The position numbers and the translations under genes were made by a program. Below are positions 12,905-26,000 of a DNA stretch of 64,000 bases, in pieces (the first letter of the stretch is position 1; each line of letters begins with the position of its first letter). The notes under the pieces are model-generated. The model was given only the letters and a program-made list of their open reading frames with translations. It was not told the origin of the DNA and did no database searches. The stretch is from Takakia lepidozioides (taxonomy: Eukaryota; Plantae; Bryophyta): positions 17,422,001-17,486,000 of the forward strand of contig CM060731.1 in the NCBI GenBank assembly GCA_030704615.1. Reading direction: 5' to 3'.

Positions 12905-13666
12905 GCCTCTCATTTTTGAATAATTGGGAATTTAAGGCGCACGTGTGCGCCAGACAGATGGCCATGCACGGACGTCGGGCGCCCCCGCGACCACCCGGAG
13001 GGTCCGGGTCTGCTCGCAGGTTGGGTCTATTGGCAGGTCGGGTCTGCTGACGGTCATGTCGGGTCCGCTCACTGCTCACTGCTCACTGGTCGAGTCTCCT
13101 TGCGGGTCTTGGGTCCAACTGAATGGTCTGCTCGTCGCGCCGCAGCCCGCCCGCGAGACTTAGAAATTTTTGCGGGAAAACTCGCCCATCAAAAAGAGGG
13201 TCATTAATACACGTGCAACACCAGCCGAAACCATCATTTATACATATTTGGCGCAACCAAATTTGAACCCACAAACTCATAGGTACCACTCAATGCGCCC
13301 AACCACCACACTACCCGCTGCTTGCTGATACCCTAACAATTTTTTTCTCTGTTAACCTAGAAAACAGCCGCAGTCAGCCCCAATGCCGCCAAGGGTCAGG
13401 GCCTGCGGACCTTACCTCGCGGCAGACCCACCCGAGCTGAGTCTCGCCTAGGGTCAGGGCCTGTGGACCCTACCTAGCAGTAGACCATACCTGGTGGCAG
13501 ACCCACCTGGGCTGAGTCTCGCGGCAGACCCATCCTCGCGGCAGACCCACCGGGGCCGGGTCATGGGTCGCGGCGGGGCCACCCAAGAGCACCCGACGTC
13601 CGTGCGTGGGGCCCGCTGCCTGGCGCACACGTGAGCCTTAAACTCGCAATTATTCAACAATGAGAA
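12905..13666. repeat. Imperfect GC-rich inverted repeat (foldback/MITE-like)
   Basis: 12907-12980 'tctcatttttgaataattgggaatttaaggcgcacgtgtgcgccag..cacggacgtcggg' is the approximate reverse complement of ~13590-13666. Internal 'gcagaccc/gggtctgc' subrepeats. A related sequence occurs at 49216-49300. Confidence 0.7.
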
Positions 13667-15659
13667 GCATTTCCCTATGGTTCCTCACCATGATAATGGT
13701 TTTTGGGCAATGAAAAGGGGTTAGTGAATTATCTAGAGGCCAAGCCATAGGTCATTGGAAAGCTTAGATAAATTCCTACCTAGTGCCTATTTCTCTAGAA
13801 TTAGTGAATTTCCAACCTCATTAATTAGTTTAAAAAGGGTTTTCTGCTTAAAATATTACCAGAAAATAGGAATAGAGGTAATTAATTATAGGATTTTCAT
13901 TTCTATTTCCTAATTATAAGAGCTTACCTAGGATAGTATTTTTCCCAATTTTGTTTTATTGAACTCTATTTCTAGAATTGAGCCAGGAACCTGAAAAATT
14001 TGGATATTGTCCGGTAAAGAGTTTTTTTCTAGGCTAGGGTGTGCTCTCCCCTCCGGATAGCGGGAACGTAGGCGACCCTTTTGCACACACGTGCGATCCG
14101 GGGAAGCATGTTTGTGAAGCAACCCATACCTAAGCGACTTGTCCTTAACGCTGTGCAAAGTCTTCCGGAAGCAGTCACTCCAAGCGGAGAGGACCTCCTA
14201 ATAAAACTGACGGGTAGTTGCAGGCTACGGTGGACCAAAAACTGCGTAACATGGCAGTTTTTGAATTGACCTCCATTCATAGTACCTTTTGTAGTAAAAT
14301 CACAACTCAATATTTCATACAAGTTTATACGGTCTAAGATTTGTAATTACAGTAGAGACATACTCCAATTATTTTTATTGTAAAAAAGATCATCTATGAA
14401 AGAGCTATGGATTCTTAAAGTTGAATCTTATGGACGGCACTGTTACACATGAAAAACCTTATGGACTAAAATCCCCAAATAGGCTAGAATGTTTTTATTA
14501 GAAATTTTAGTATTTAATTCTGAAAATAGAAAATCATTTTTTATTTATAATATTTAGAGATTTTTGAATTTTTTTCCATTTATCACTTGGCACCTCTAGA
14601 TTATGGGTTTTTACACCTTTTTAGTAATGAAGATATCCCAAAAGCCTCTAAATGAGGATGATGTACATTATTGAAAATAGGCCCAGTTTGGGCCCAATGT
14701 TTAGTATAAATTAATCCATACCTCTCATTCCTGATGATTTTAGTCCATATAAAAAGTGCATTTGGGTAGCTTTTAAAAATGACACCCCTAATGTGTTTTC
14801 TTTTTTGCTATTACTTAGGTGTATTTTTTACTAAAAACGGTAAATATATCTATCTATCATCTAAAATTAAATATTTGGATAATTTCCCTCAATTTGAGAT
14901 ACCTATATGGACTTTCATAGAGGAAAAATCTACCGCTTTTGGTGTCTGCCATAGTGTAGGAGCCTGTTTGTGCTTGTTGATCTCAACAACGCAGACGACA
15001 ATGACCTCGATGAAGATTTTTCATGTGAGTAAGTTCATTTCGTCTATGCTTGCGCGCCGTGAATGCTTGCTCTCCCCTCCTGTTTTGTTCGTTGTTTCTA
15101 TTCAAATGTTGCATTTTCTGTGGCAAGATATTATCTGGTCTCTCGTGGCGCAAGGCCTCCAGTTTTTGGAGTGCAATCTGCTGCACCTCCTCCTACTTAC
15201 CTCCTCCCTGACTACGTGGAGGCCATTGCTCGAGAGCAAGCTGCCATGTTGTCTCCCCCATCTATGGGTCGGACTTCGCGCAACTCATTTATGCACCTCG
15301 GAGCAAGGGTGTTCATAGATGATAGTGTTGCAGTTTCTTGGGATAGCTGTAGTTCTACCAGTAGAGACAGTAGCTCCACATGTACTTGAAATGAGGGGAC
15401 GCAGTTACTGGTTTTCATTTCTCCATCTTTGTTATATAGTTTTTATTTCTTGCCTACTTGCTGACTCATGTGTAATGACTGCATGGAACATCACATTTGG
15501 AAAAACAAACAGTTTCTTCATTGTTGGTATCCTAACACTACCTTCATTCTCATAACACACACATGTTCTTTGAGTTCTCCTTCGTAATTAAGACGTCATT
15601 CCGCTTTATAGGGGAAGATCCAAATATGGTCTTCATCAGAAATTGCATATATTGTAACT

Positions 15660-15918
15660 CACATTTTTTTCACCTCTTCTTCAATAACAAAACCTCATTA
15701 AGCTTCACAATGTCACTCCCACATTTTTTTTCACCTCTTCTTAAAAAATAAACTTTCATTGAGCTTCACGATGCCGCTCCATTTTTTTCACCTCTTCTTC
15801 AAAATTAAACCCTCATTTGCTTTCGCGATGTCATTCCAATTTTTTTCACCTCTTTCTTCAAAATTGAACCCTCGTTGAGCTTGACGATGTCACTCCAGTT
15901 TTTTCCACCTCTTCTTCA
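15660..15918. repeat. Tandem repeat, ~59-60 bp unit, ~4.3 copies
   Basis: The unit 'atttttttcacctcttcttcaa...cctcatt(g/a)agcttcac(g/a)atgtcactcc' recurs at ~15661, 15721, 15781, 15840 and 15900. Confidence 0.9.
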
Positions 15919-15952
15919 TTGTCCCCGGTTGGGGTTTATGATCTAGGGTACA

Positions 15953-16026
15953 CTTTTAAGGTTTTAGGGTTTGCGTTGAGGGTTGAGGGTTTGGGTTTTA
16001 GGGTTTGTCGTACTTTAGGGTTTGGG
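15953..16026 (+). repeat. Degenerate interstitial telomere-like (TTTAGGG) tract
   Basis: Three TTTAGGG plus TTGAGGG/TTTGGG variants within ~70 bp. Confidence 0.55.
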
Positions 16027-16349
16027 ATAGCCTTATTTCCGCGGAAATGGGTGAGCTGGCCTTACATCTTCGACCACTTTCATGTCAAGTGGAAATAGGC
16101 TCACAGGCCCACGTGAGCCTGTTTGGGCTCACAAACTCACAGGCTCAGGGGGCTGGGCTCACGATCTAGCATTCCTCCTTCTTCATGAGTTTCTTGAACC
16201 TACTCCAACTCATGGCCTCCGGGCTTGGCCCCTGGTCCTAAAAATGCTTCTGCCACCAATGTTGATCATAGCCCCTCAAATAGATGGGAGCCACTTCCAC
16301 TCAATTATTGTCACTCAGCTTGGTCGCCTAGAAATACTGCTCCAACTCT

Positions 16350-17422
16350 AATAGCCAAGTATTGAGTGCTTTCCGATTCCGGACGCCCTTGAAGGAGCCA
16401 GGTTCATTTGGCTTCACCTTAAAATTTGCTTTTTACGGAAGTGGCATTGGCAGCCTTCACCATATCCTTCAGAGTCCCACCGAACTGATCAGCCAATAAC
16501 TTTTCTAAAAATGCTGACGACATCTAAGACATTTGATGGTCCGGGAGTGGCCCTCGGGAACATCCTCGGGCTCCGATTCTTTGGTGACTCTTGATTGGGC
16601 ATCATCACCTTCCGAGAGGTATTCCTCTCTTTCCTCTTGCTGCTCCGACCTCTCGTCGCTCCCAACGGGGTCATGACTAGGTTCATTGGCTTTCGGGCTG
16701 TTCCGCTTTTGCCTAGCCTTGCCTGACCCCATGGTGAGGCCGATCTCAAGGTCGATCGCGTACTCAACTCTAAGCTCTGATACCAAGTGTCGCGCACCTC
16801 ACTTCATTAAACTCCATTTTATGTTATAGTTGTTCGTTTTGCATGCGCGCCTGCTAACTCCCAAACTGGTTGCCGGGCCAACTTGGAGCTTTGGCTGCTC
16901 GATGGGACATAACGGTCCCTCCTTTGCTCTCCCACATAACCCTCGACTACGCGGACTGAGTGGAAATTCCCTTTGGTTGTAGGTAGTCCGGAATAGCTCC
17001 CCACGTTTTGGTCGCTCTCCGGCTCGCTTGACTGTTTCATTAGCTTTTGGTCGCTTAACGGGCTTGCATCGTTCTCGGGTTATTACTCCATATATATACT
17101 TCTGTAGGTGTCAGCGGGTTCTCACAAACAACCCAAGTCATTTTTGGTGAATCACTACCGTGAACCTCAACTCCCTGTGATGAGTTACAGTGAGTCCTAT
17201 GACACCCCCACTATGACTCCCTAAGCTCGACCACCTCACTTGGAGCCCCCACCACAACCTGGTTGTGGGGATCCTCTTAGTGAACACCTCCACCCTCTTG
17301 ACTAGTGCCTTCGGCACTCAAGGGTTGTTTAGTCCTGATTCCACTGCTGCTGCTGCCCCCACCACAGGGACAACCCCTCTTGTGTCCCGACCCCCCTGCC
17401 TTTAAGACAAAAGGCCGCGACA
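16350..17422 (-). mobile_element. Truncated Ty3/gypsy element: 5' LTR (16788-17422), tRNA-iMet PBS, start of gag
   Basis: The LTR has inverted termini TGTCGCG...CGCGACA. PBS TGGTATCAGAGC at 16774-16785 (-). Downstream gag-like 'KVKPNEPGSFKGVRNRKALNTWL' at ~16355-16425. Confidence 0.8.
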
Positions 17423-19049
17423 CCATGCCTCTAGCGTCTTCATTGAAACTACGTGAAAAAATACCTTGAAAAATATGAGATCATTGTTAACCATATCGGT
17501 TGAAATCAAGGTTGTGAATTTGGACGTGATGTGGCACTGACACGTCATATGTCACGTTAGATGTCACGTCTAAACGTGTGTCCGTCACGTCCAAACCCGA
17601 TGTTACCATGTGCAATTAGTTATTTACCATTGACTATTTATCCTCGGTACTGAGGTGGTGGCCCATGTGGACTGACCATGTGGATAAAATTTTCCTGTAT
17701 TTAAAAAACTTAAAACCAAATAAATCTTGGACCGCCACGCATTAAAAAAATTAAAAAAGCATGCGACCCCAATATTTGGCGGTCGCGGACATTTTTCAAA
17801 AAGAAAAAAAGCATGCTATCGCGAACATTTTCTTTTGTTGCATTTGTTTGTTTGTTTGTGTGTGTGTTATTAAAAAAGAATTACTTGGACACACTTATTG
17901 GAAAATGTATATGGATCATCCTATGTTTATAGCCCTTATATCAATGTCACGTCCATGAGAACAAGCGATTAACATATGAGACCACTGAACTCTCTACGCT
18001 CATGCTTGTCCTCAATCTATACTCACGTTCGTAGCATAAGCGGCGCTCACAAACTCAAGTGAGTGTGCTTACAACGTAGTGTTGTTGACATCATAAAATA
18101 TGCAAGCAACAATAGAAGCCTAGTTTATGGCTTTGCTGGCCATATCGGTATTAGGTGGTGGGCAAATGACAAACCTGTTTACTTACATTGTGTACCATCG
18201 TGAGCCGAAACATTGATTAGAATAAGCTAAAATAGCTATAAATTGTGAATGGATTGGAATAATATGAATGGAGAAGTTGAGGGGGAAGTTGGTAAGATAG
18301 AATGTGAATGTGCAACCTTTTCTTTGTTGAGGGGAAGATGGTCTTGGACATTTTGTTCTATATATATTAGCTACGCAAAATTTTCTAAAGCAACAAAGCC
18401 AAGATAGCCATTTAAATTATGTTGTGTACTAATTCCGATATATTCTTGTTAACTTTTTTCAGTTGAGCTATGTCGATCGACTAACTAGATGCCCCACAAA
18501 AGAGGACATGTTGTCCCGTAGTTTAGCTTGCCTCTATTGGTGGTTCCCCACCAAGTGTTTCGAGTTTCGACTTGCCACATGATCTCGTGCGTAGAGATCA
18601 TAGCTTTGTGGTTTCCCCCCACCCCCCCTAGGGAAAAAACAAGACTATATGCATGTGTGTGATACATATATGTATGTAAAAGGAGTCGGGAATAGGTTGA
18701 AAGCAGGGATAGAGAGCCTCTAGCAGGCCCACGGAGGCGGTGAGGAGTGAGGTAGATAGATACATGGCGGGGTGACGTGAGCAGGGTGCAGGACCTAATG
18801 GCATGGGAAAATGCGTGGTGGGCAAGGCAGACCACAGCGGAGCAGAGACACATCAGCAGCGAGGGAGGGATGGAGGCGATGTGCAGGCGGAAGACCAAGT
18901 GCAATTGCTACACTGTCGTCCCCCACTCTGTTAGCGCCGCGTCGACTGTCGCAGTGGGAGTAACGTTTGCGAGCGTCCAGGTGGTAGGCTAGGTCTATTC
19001 CTCCTCTTCCCCATCACAGACCTTCTCTCTGTCTGGCTCAGTTTCTCGC

Positions 19050-19476
19050 CATCCGAGTCGCCCGGCGGCTAATCAACAAAGTCGTCAAGTTGTCAAGTTT
19101 CCCCTCTCTGTTGTGTTTCTCTTCATGTCTCTCCTCTGCTTTTGTGATCCTCCGTCTTCTTTACATGTGTTGTCCAGTCTTACTTGTTTGAACGTAGGGT
19201 CTGGTGATTTCGTCTAATTTTGAATCTCTCCCTTGCGTCTGGTGTCTTCTCGACCACCATCATCCGAGTTGCCCGGCGGCTAATCAACAACGTCGTCAAG
19301 TTGTCAAGTTTCTCCTGTCTGTTGTGTTTCTCTTCATGTCTCTCCTCTGCTTTTGGGATCCTCCGTCTTCTTTACATGTGTTGTCCAGTCTTACTTCTTT
19401 AACCGTAAGGTCTGGGGATTTCGTCTAATTTGGAATCTCTCCCTTGCGTCTGGTGTCTTCTCGACCACCATCATCC
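19050..19476 (+). repeat. 211-bp direct tandem duplication upstream of the UPL5 start codon
   Basis: Units start 'catccgagt(c/t)gcccggcggctaatcaacaa' at 19050 and 19261. They are near-identical, and CATCC marks the junctions. Confidence 0.92.
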
Positions 19477-20003
19477 TTCCCTTGGATCTGCTCCTTGCTT
19501 TAACCTCAATGGTGGGCACATACAAGACGGTGCAGGTAGACTATTTCTTCTCAAAGTTTTGTCAGGCTGGCAGTTACGGTGGCAATACCTTTTACTTTGT
19601 TGGATCCTTGCTTTGAGTAGCTTTGCATTGCAGTCGGATCCCTTGCGTGGATGAAACCGTAATTCTCTTGGGCAAGCAATTGTCGATGATTTGTAGCAAT
19701 CGTCTACTCCATATCTAGGATCGGGAAAGAAATGGAGATATGATGAATGAGGTGAAGTGGCAAACCAGTTAGGAAGGCTGAATGTTAAGAAATGTTTGTA
19801 ATTGCTTTTGTCAAGGATACAGTTTGGGTCAAAGATATCGGGAGATGAAGCAGGAGGGATGGAGAGGACGACGGTTTTCAAAGGAGACACAAGAGTTATA
19901 GATGGTTCTACTGGGCCTGGCTTTCTGCATACTGGGACTGTTTAGGTACATACAACAAGCAACCTTGGCTTCTCCACGGAGAAGAGTGACAACGGCAATC
20001 AAG

Positions 20004-23000
20004 ATGGAGGTGATCTCTTTGAGAGAAGACGATCTGATGGCGTTGCAGTCGCCATCTCAGTCTTCTCTAATGCTTGTCCCTGCTGTGGGAGCAGGACTAG
20101 GCGTAGGGGAGAGAGGGGGAGATAGAATAGGAGGAGATAGGGAAGGGGGAGAGAGAGCCACAGATAGAGGTTTCATGATGGCGGCTCGGGCAGCGCCTTC
20201 AGGGCCATCCGTGGTTTTGCGGACTGTGTCAAGTAAACGCAAGCTTGAGGACTTTGAGACTGGAATGACCGAGGCGTTGGTCGCCGCAACTTCTCAGGTG
20301 TGCGACACGCCTAAAACTTACATTTGAAAGAGAAAATGACAGTCAGGCATTTCATTTGATGAATCGTGACTCCAACTTATTGGATGCCACTATTTCACTA
20401 GGTCATGTACTGATCCAGGGCACTTCTGCAGTACCTTGTCAGAGATTAGTAGGGTATGAGTCACACTGCTGTAGTGGCACTGCAGCAGTTTATCCAGTCT
20501 CAAATTAAGTTGCATTGCAGGTTCGTGCCCGGAGGGAGTTTCGGGAGGATATCCAGGAAGGAAGTATAGCTGAATCCAGTGGGAGGGAAAGGTATGAGAT
20601 AGGAGTTATTGTTTCGGGCGAGGCACAGTCTCTTGATGGAGAAAGCCAAATGAGAGAGGAGGGAGGGAACGAAGCAATTGATGATGACTCGACATGGGAG
20701 GAAGAACCGGGTTGGAGTGTTTCCTCCATCGAGACACTTTGCGAGTCCAGTAAGGGCCCGCCTGATAAGGTTGAGGACAATAGTAAAGTGGATGAGGCCA
20801 GTGGTGTGGAAGGACTGGATGATCATGGTAGTAGCCTTCAGGTTGGATTTGGTGGCCCTGCGGTGGTAGATGTCGGTAGCAGTGCATATGGAGGCCTCAG
20901 AGGAAGTACTCCACTGGTAAATATGTCTGGAAGTCCACATGGAGGGGTGTTGCACACAGTGGAGGGTAGTAATGGTGGGCGAATGGAGACAGGACCCAGT
21001 GATTCAGGAAGGAACATCGCAGGGGAGGAAGGGATTGGAGAAAGGGAGGGTGAGACAGGGAAGGAAATGGAGTTCGATGGTCAGTGGGGAAGACAAAGGG
21101 AAAGAGATGTAGTTGCAGAGGGTCATGAAAAGGAGTCGGTTACTGATGGCCATGGCAGTCTTATGCCAGTTGCAACTGTGCTGGCAGACTCTAGTGCAAA
21201 CGGCAATGTGAGTGCCGGAATTGATGCTGGAACAAATTTGAGCAGCAGTATATCCAGTGTGCTTGGTGGAGGAGCTGCCATTTGCAATAGTGGTGGGGGA
21301 AGAAACTATAATGAGGGAGCTTGCAGTGTTTCTGGACCGGCTGCAATGGACATCGAGATGGGTCCCACTCGGCTACAATTCTTCGTGCGAACATACATTG
21401 ATGGACGCACCATCGTGCTCCATGCCAATGCCTCTGATTTGGTAGAGTCTGTTCACCAACAAATTCTGGTGAAGACTGGGCTCCCTGTCTCTGAACAAAG
21501 ATTGATATTTGGCCGGTTGCAACTACAGCAAGACCAGACATTGGAGGCTTGCCAAGTTGCCAATGATGCAACTCTGCATCTGGTTGCCCGCATGAGAAGC
21601 ACTGCACTCCCTGCCTCGTGGCAGCTGATCAATGATTTGGTAGCTACTATTAGGCGAATGTGTGCAGTAGGGGACCAACAGGGACAGAAGCTGATGCATT
21701 CCCAGGACTGTGTGCGTGCGAGTGTTCAAGAGTTTTTGAAGATGGCTTCCAAGCCAGTGCCGGTTTCTGAGCACATGCAGGTGAGGGGCTTTCTACTCTT
21801 GTTTATAATGTTGATTTTGAAGTAGTGTTGGGAGATGAAAGTAGCCTCTAAATTGCTCCTATCCACACTGGGAGCCCCTATTTGGGTTCCAGTTTGCTAG
21901 TGACGAAAGGGCATTTTGTGTTATGAGTGTCTGGCAAAGTGTTCTAAAGGCTTTTACAAAACAGCACCTCCTCCCCCCACAAGTGCCCCTTCTCTACTCA
22001 ATCCCCCTGCTTCCTCCTCCTGTGCCCCTTTCCCTCTTTTGATTGCTGCGGGAAAGCTGGGACAATATGTGGGCAAGGATTGAAACCCAATGCAGTTGGG
22101 TCTCAGGTTTCACTTGATGTCAATTCTGAGAGCTGTTGTTCTGCCTGGGGGTATAAAAAGATAAAGAAGGGAGCCCACGGATGTGGGGGGCCCAGACTAA
22201 TATTTTTTTCCTGGATGCTGCATAGCTAGCTTCTTTCGGGAGCACAGTGATTGGCCAGGATTATGTGATCAGGTGAGTGGTCAGTGTTTTGGTTCTGGCT
22301 TGGAATTTCTCATGGACACATATTCAGCCCCTAAAGCGAGGTGCACCATTTCAAGCCTGCATCTAGAAACTGGGATACAAAGCCCCAGCATTTAGGGGTC
22401 AACTATGGTCACCTCAATTTATTGAATCAACACACTCCCCACTCAGACGATCCCTGTGGGAAATCAATGTGTGCAGGTGTTTGAGCTAGCAGGGGCGACA
22501 TCAGCACTGGTCATGCTACTCCTGTCCCCAGTTGAGAGTAACAGGGAATGTGCAGAGGATTCCATCACCCTGTTTCTTTCATCAAATGATGAGTATTTGC
22601 AAGCCCCTATCCACTGTCATTGTGCACCAGTGCTGCTGGATTTCTGCAAGCTTCTAGCTAAGAGTGCTCCTAACCATAATCTTTACTCCATGTGCCGGAA
22701 TGCTCTGGCCCGGTTGCTTGATACGGTGGGGGTGGCACATGGAAGCCCCTACTTTAACGAGGCTAAAGCTGAGAGCATTGTTCATGACTTTGCTCCCTTT
22801 GTCAATGAGTTGTCGTCAAGGCTCATTTCAAACCTGCACTGGACTGCGCGGGCATACGTGATGAAGGAGACGTCGATCAATTTTTCTTCGTATGTGAAGG
22901 AAGCAAAAGATTTCACCGCATTTGTAATCCCTCTTTGTAAAGCTATGGAGGTCTGCAAGGGAATTGAGACGTCTGGATTGGCCAGCAGTGATATATCAGA

Positions 23001-26000
23001 TGGGCCTATAACGGCGAGAGTGCTCTCTGAGTGCATGGCTGACTGTGACTCTATGGTGGAATCTGAAATGCAGTTGGGGGCTGAGAGCTCCTTCAAAGTA
23101 CAGCTGTCTGGTAGGAGCTCCGTACCAGGCTTGTTTCGGAACTGCTCTATCTAGGGCTTAGTGGAAAACCAGAGCATTTGCGTACTTGTTATGTTCTGTA
23201 TAGCTGAATAATAGGAATAGGAATGGAAAGCTAGCACAGTTCTGAAGCTTACTGAGAATCTAGAACTAGTCCGTGTGAAGAGGGACTTGTCAAGCTCCAG
23301 AGTAATAGACGTCTTCCCCTTGAGATGTGTATATTGTCAGGGAATAAACATGTTTTCCTCAAGGAAGTAATGTTGTGGTATCACCGCCTTCTTTGCATGC
23401 TTGAACCAAAGTGTTGGGCGGAGGAGAAAATTTTGAGATCCTTCCTGAGTCCAATGATAATAAGTTGAGGGTTTTTATCTGCCTCCACATACCTATTGTC
23501 TTTACTCCCGGAACATTTTGTGTTGCTTACATAGAAATGTAGGTTTGACTTTGTAGTTATACGTACTCATCTAAATGTGGGGTTGCGTGCCTTGTACTCA
23601 CTCCAAATGCAGACTTGGATCATACAAGGAACATAGCTGGGTTTGTGGGAGCTGAGATCGGGTCGCATGGCTGGCTGCGTCAGTTGTTCAAAGATCTCCT
23701 TCGAGAGATCGAAAATTGCCTGGATGCAGTGGGTCACGTTGCAGACAGGCAGCAAGATATTTCAGGTGTAGGGATGTCAGCATCAGATGATCGCCCCTTT
23801 GGATGGGCGCCATTCCTTGTAGTGCTCAAGGGGTTGCACGCTGTTGCAAAGCTTTATGAAGGGGCTATGTTGGACCTGCTGGAGATGTTGCGTGTCCGCC
23901 GCTCCTCTCTGAATGTGTTGATCCGGCAGTCACGATGGCAGGTGTGACATTTTTGAACATTTTGTCTGTGATTAGCACATGAATGTCATGGAGGGATTCC
24001 CTGTCTGCAGAGTTTGGCATTACCCTACTTGTGCCTACTTAAGAGGAGAGCAGAGATGCGAATGACATGAAAATCTGGGTACAGTGAGTTGAGTAGTGTT
24101 TGATGTATGGATGGTGGTGACTTAATACTAGGAGTTATGAGGTCAATGAGCACACTACTAAAGCCCTCTAGCTGGAAACACATCTGACAAAGAGCAAGAG
24201 ACAGAGAATTGTTCTGGGTAGAGCTTACTTACCGTAGCCGCCTTCTGGCCATATGCTGTACCCTTTTTGAACTGAGCAGAAGGTTGTCAATCCTTGCTAC
24301 AACGCTCACAAAGCTTCCAGATATAAACTGGCCAAAGTTAGCCATGGCATGGCCTTCAGCTGGCTTAATCCATTGCGTTTACAGGCTATGGACATTCTTA
24401 AGCCTAGCAGGATGGCCTGAAGCCATGAAACCAGGGCTTTGGGTGAGGGGTGCAGGGTTGGTACTTGCTGCCCACCTCTGATGCATGGTATTTATTCTTG
24501 CGTTCCAAATGCAACCACAGGCCAATGTTAAGGATCATCTGAATCTTTTTTCAGATTTTAGGTGTTCCCAGAGCCTCGAAAGCAACAGATGATAGGTTTC
24601 TGTCTTGCGTCACGGATATTCAAAAGAATTTACACATGTAGCATTCATAGCATCATCTTGTGGCTGGTAGCTTCTTCAGTTATATTTCTAGAAGGAGGAC
24701 CCTACCATCGTGCATCGCTCGAAGATGTGCTCAGAAGTAATGGTGGGGTGGCAGGATGACGACTTTTGGCTCTTGGAGCACAAGATCTTACTGGATTTTG
24801 AGTCAAAGAGACGGCTGGTGATGGCTATGCTTCCCGAACCACAAGACGACCATGAGGAGCGTCAAGAATTAGTGGTACATCGAGCGCAGCTGTTGACTGA
24901 ATCATTTGATGTCCTTGCTTATGCTGAGTCTGAGGTCTTACAGGGAGGCATCTCCGTCGAGTTTGCCACTGAGGAGGCAACTGGCCCAGGGGTTCTGCGG
25001 GAGTGGTTCTCCATGATTTGCAGAGAAATTTTTAACCCTCAAAATGCGCTTTTTTTGGCCTGCCCCAATGACCGGCGAAGGTTCTTTCCCAATCCTGGTA
25101 AGTTGCAAAGTGAATGTACTGTTGGAGTAGAGAACAAGGTTGAGACAAACCTCGTAAATGTTGAGCTGAATTTGAGCAGTATATTGTCTGTAGACAGTAA
25201 ATTCATGTTGAATAGATTCAGATATATTTGGCTTGTATGATGAATCGGCTCTTGTAAATTGGAACCACTTCTGGAGTGTCGTTAAACCTTTGGTATTTTT
25301 AGCTTAGGTTATTGGCATTGACAGCTAGAGTAGGGGTGCATGTGGAGGTCAGGTAGTCTGGCCGGCAAGTCACTGGCAGGTGGGGAAATGTTTTTCAATT
25401 TTATTTTACTTTTTTCATTTATTACATATTGAAGAGGTTTGGTAAGGGCAAAAGGTCTTGGCCCCAAATACTGTCATCTAGAAAACAATAAATCAAGAAA
25501 ATTTGCATTTCTGCAGGATGTTCGTGTGTGCTTGCCGGACATCAGTCAGGCCTCCGTTCTGGACCTCTGGCAACTGTAACCTTACTGAACAGTCCATCAA
25601 ATAGTTCCCTTTCTCACAAGAGTCACCATTAAGTATGTTTGGGTGTCCGGAAGAGAATCTTGTGCACACAATGAACTTTGCCAGAGTGGCTGTTAGGTCT
25701 CAAGTTACTAAGGTTGTGGTTGAAAGGTTGACGGGCCACTATGGTTTTGGATACGTTGTACATAACTATCCTAGGGAGTGTTACAACGTATATACCTCTA
25801 GCAAGGATACTTGAGGTCTATCAGCTATATATAAGTGGCAGAATCGACTCAAGACCAATCTGATTTGATAGCATACATTTTGCTGTGCCTGTTGTCCAGC
25901 ATCAGGGGTGAATCCAGGGCACCTCACCTATTTCAGGTTTTGCGGGCGGGTTATAGCGCTAGCTCTCATGCACCGGGTCCAAATGGACGTTGTCTTTGCA

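Noticed and set aside
14779-15389. ORFs of 179 and 108 aa
   Set aside because: No recognisable domain or consistent exon structure.
15660-15918. CRISPR-like repeat array
   Set aside because: Whole units are homologous with no unique spacers, there are no cas genes, and the context is eukaryotic. It is an ordinary minisatellite.
15953-16026. True telomere or chromosome-fusion scar
   Set aside because: Too short and degenerate; such tracts are common inside plant repeats.
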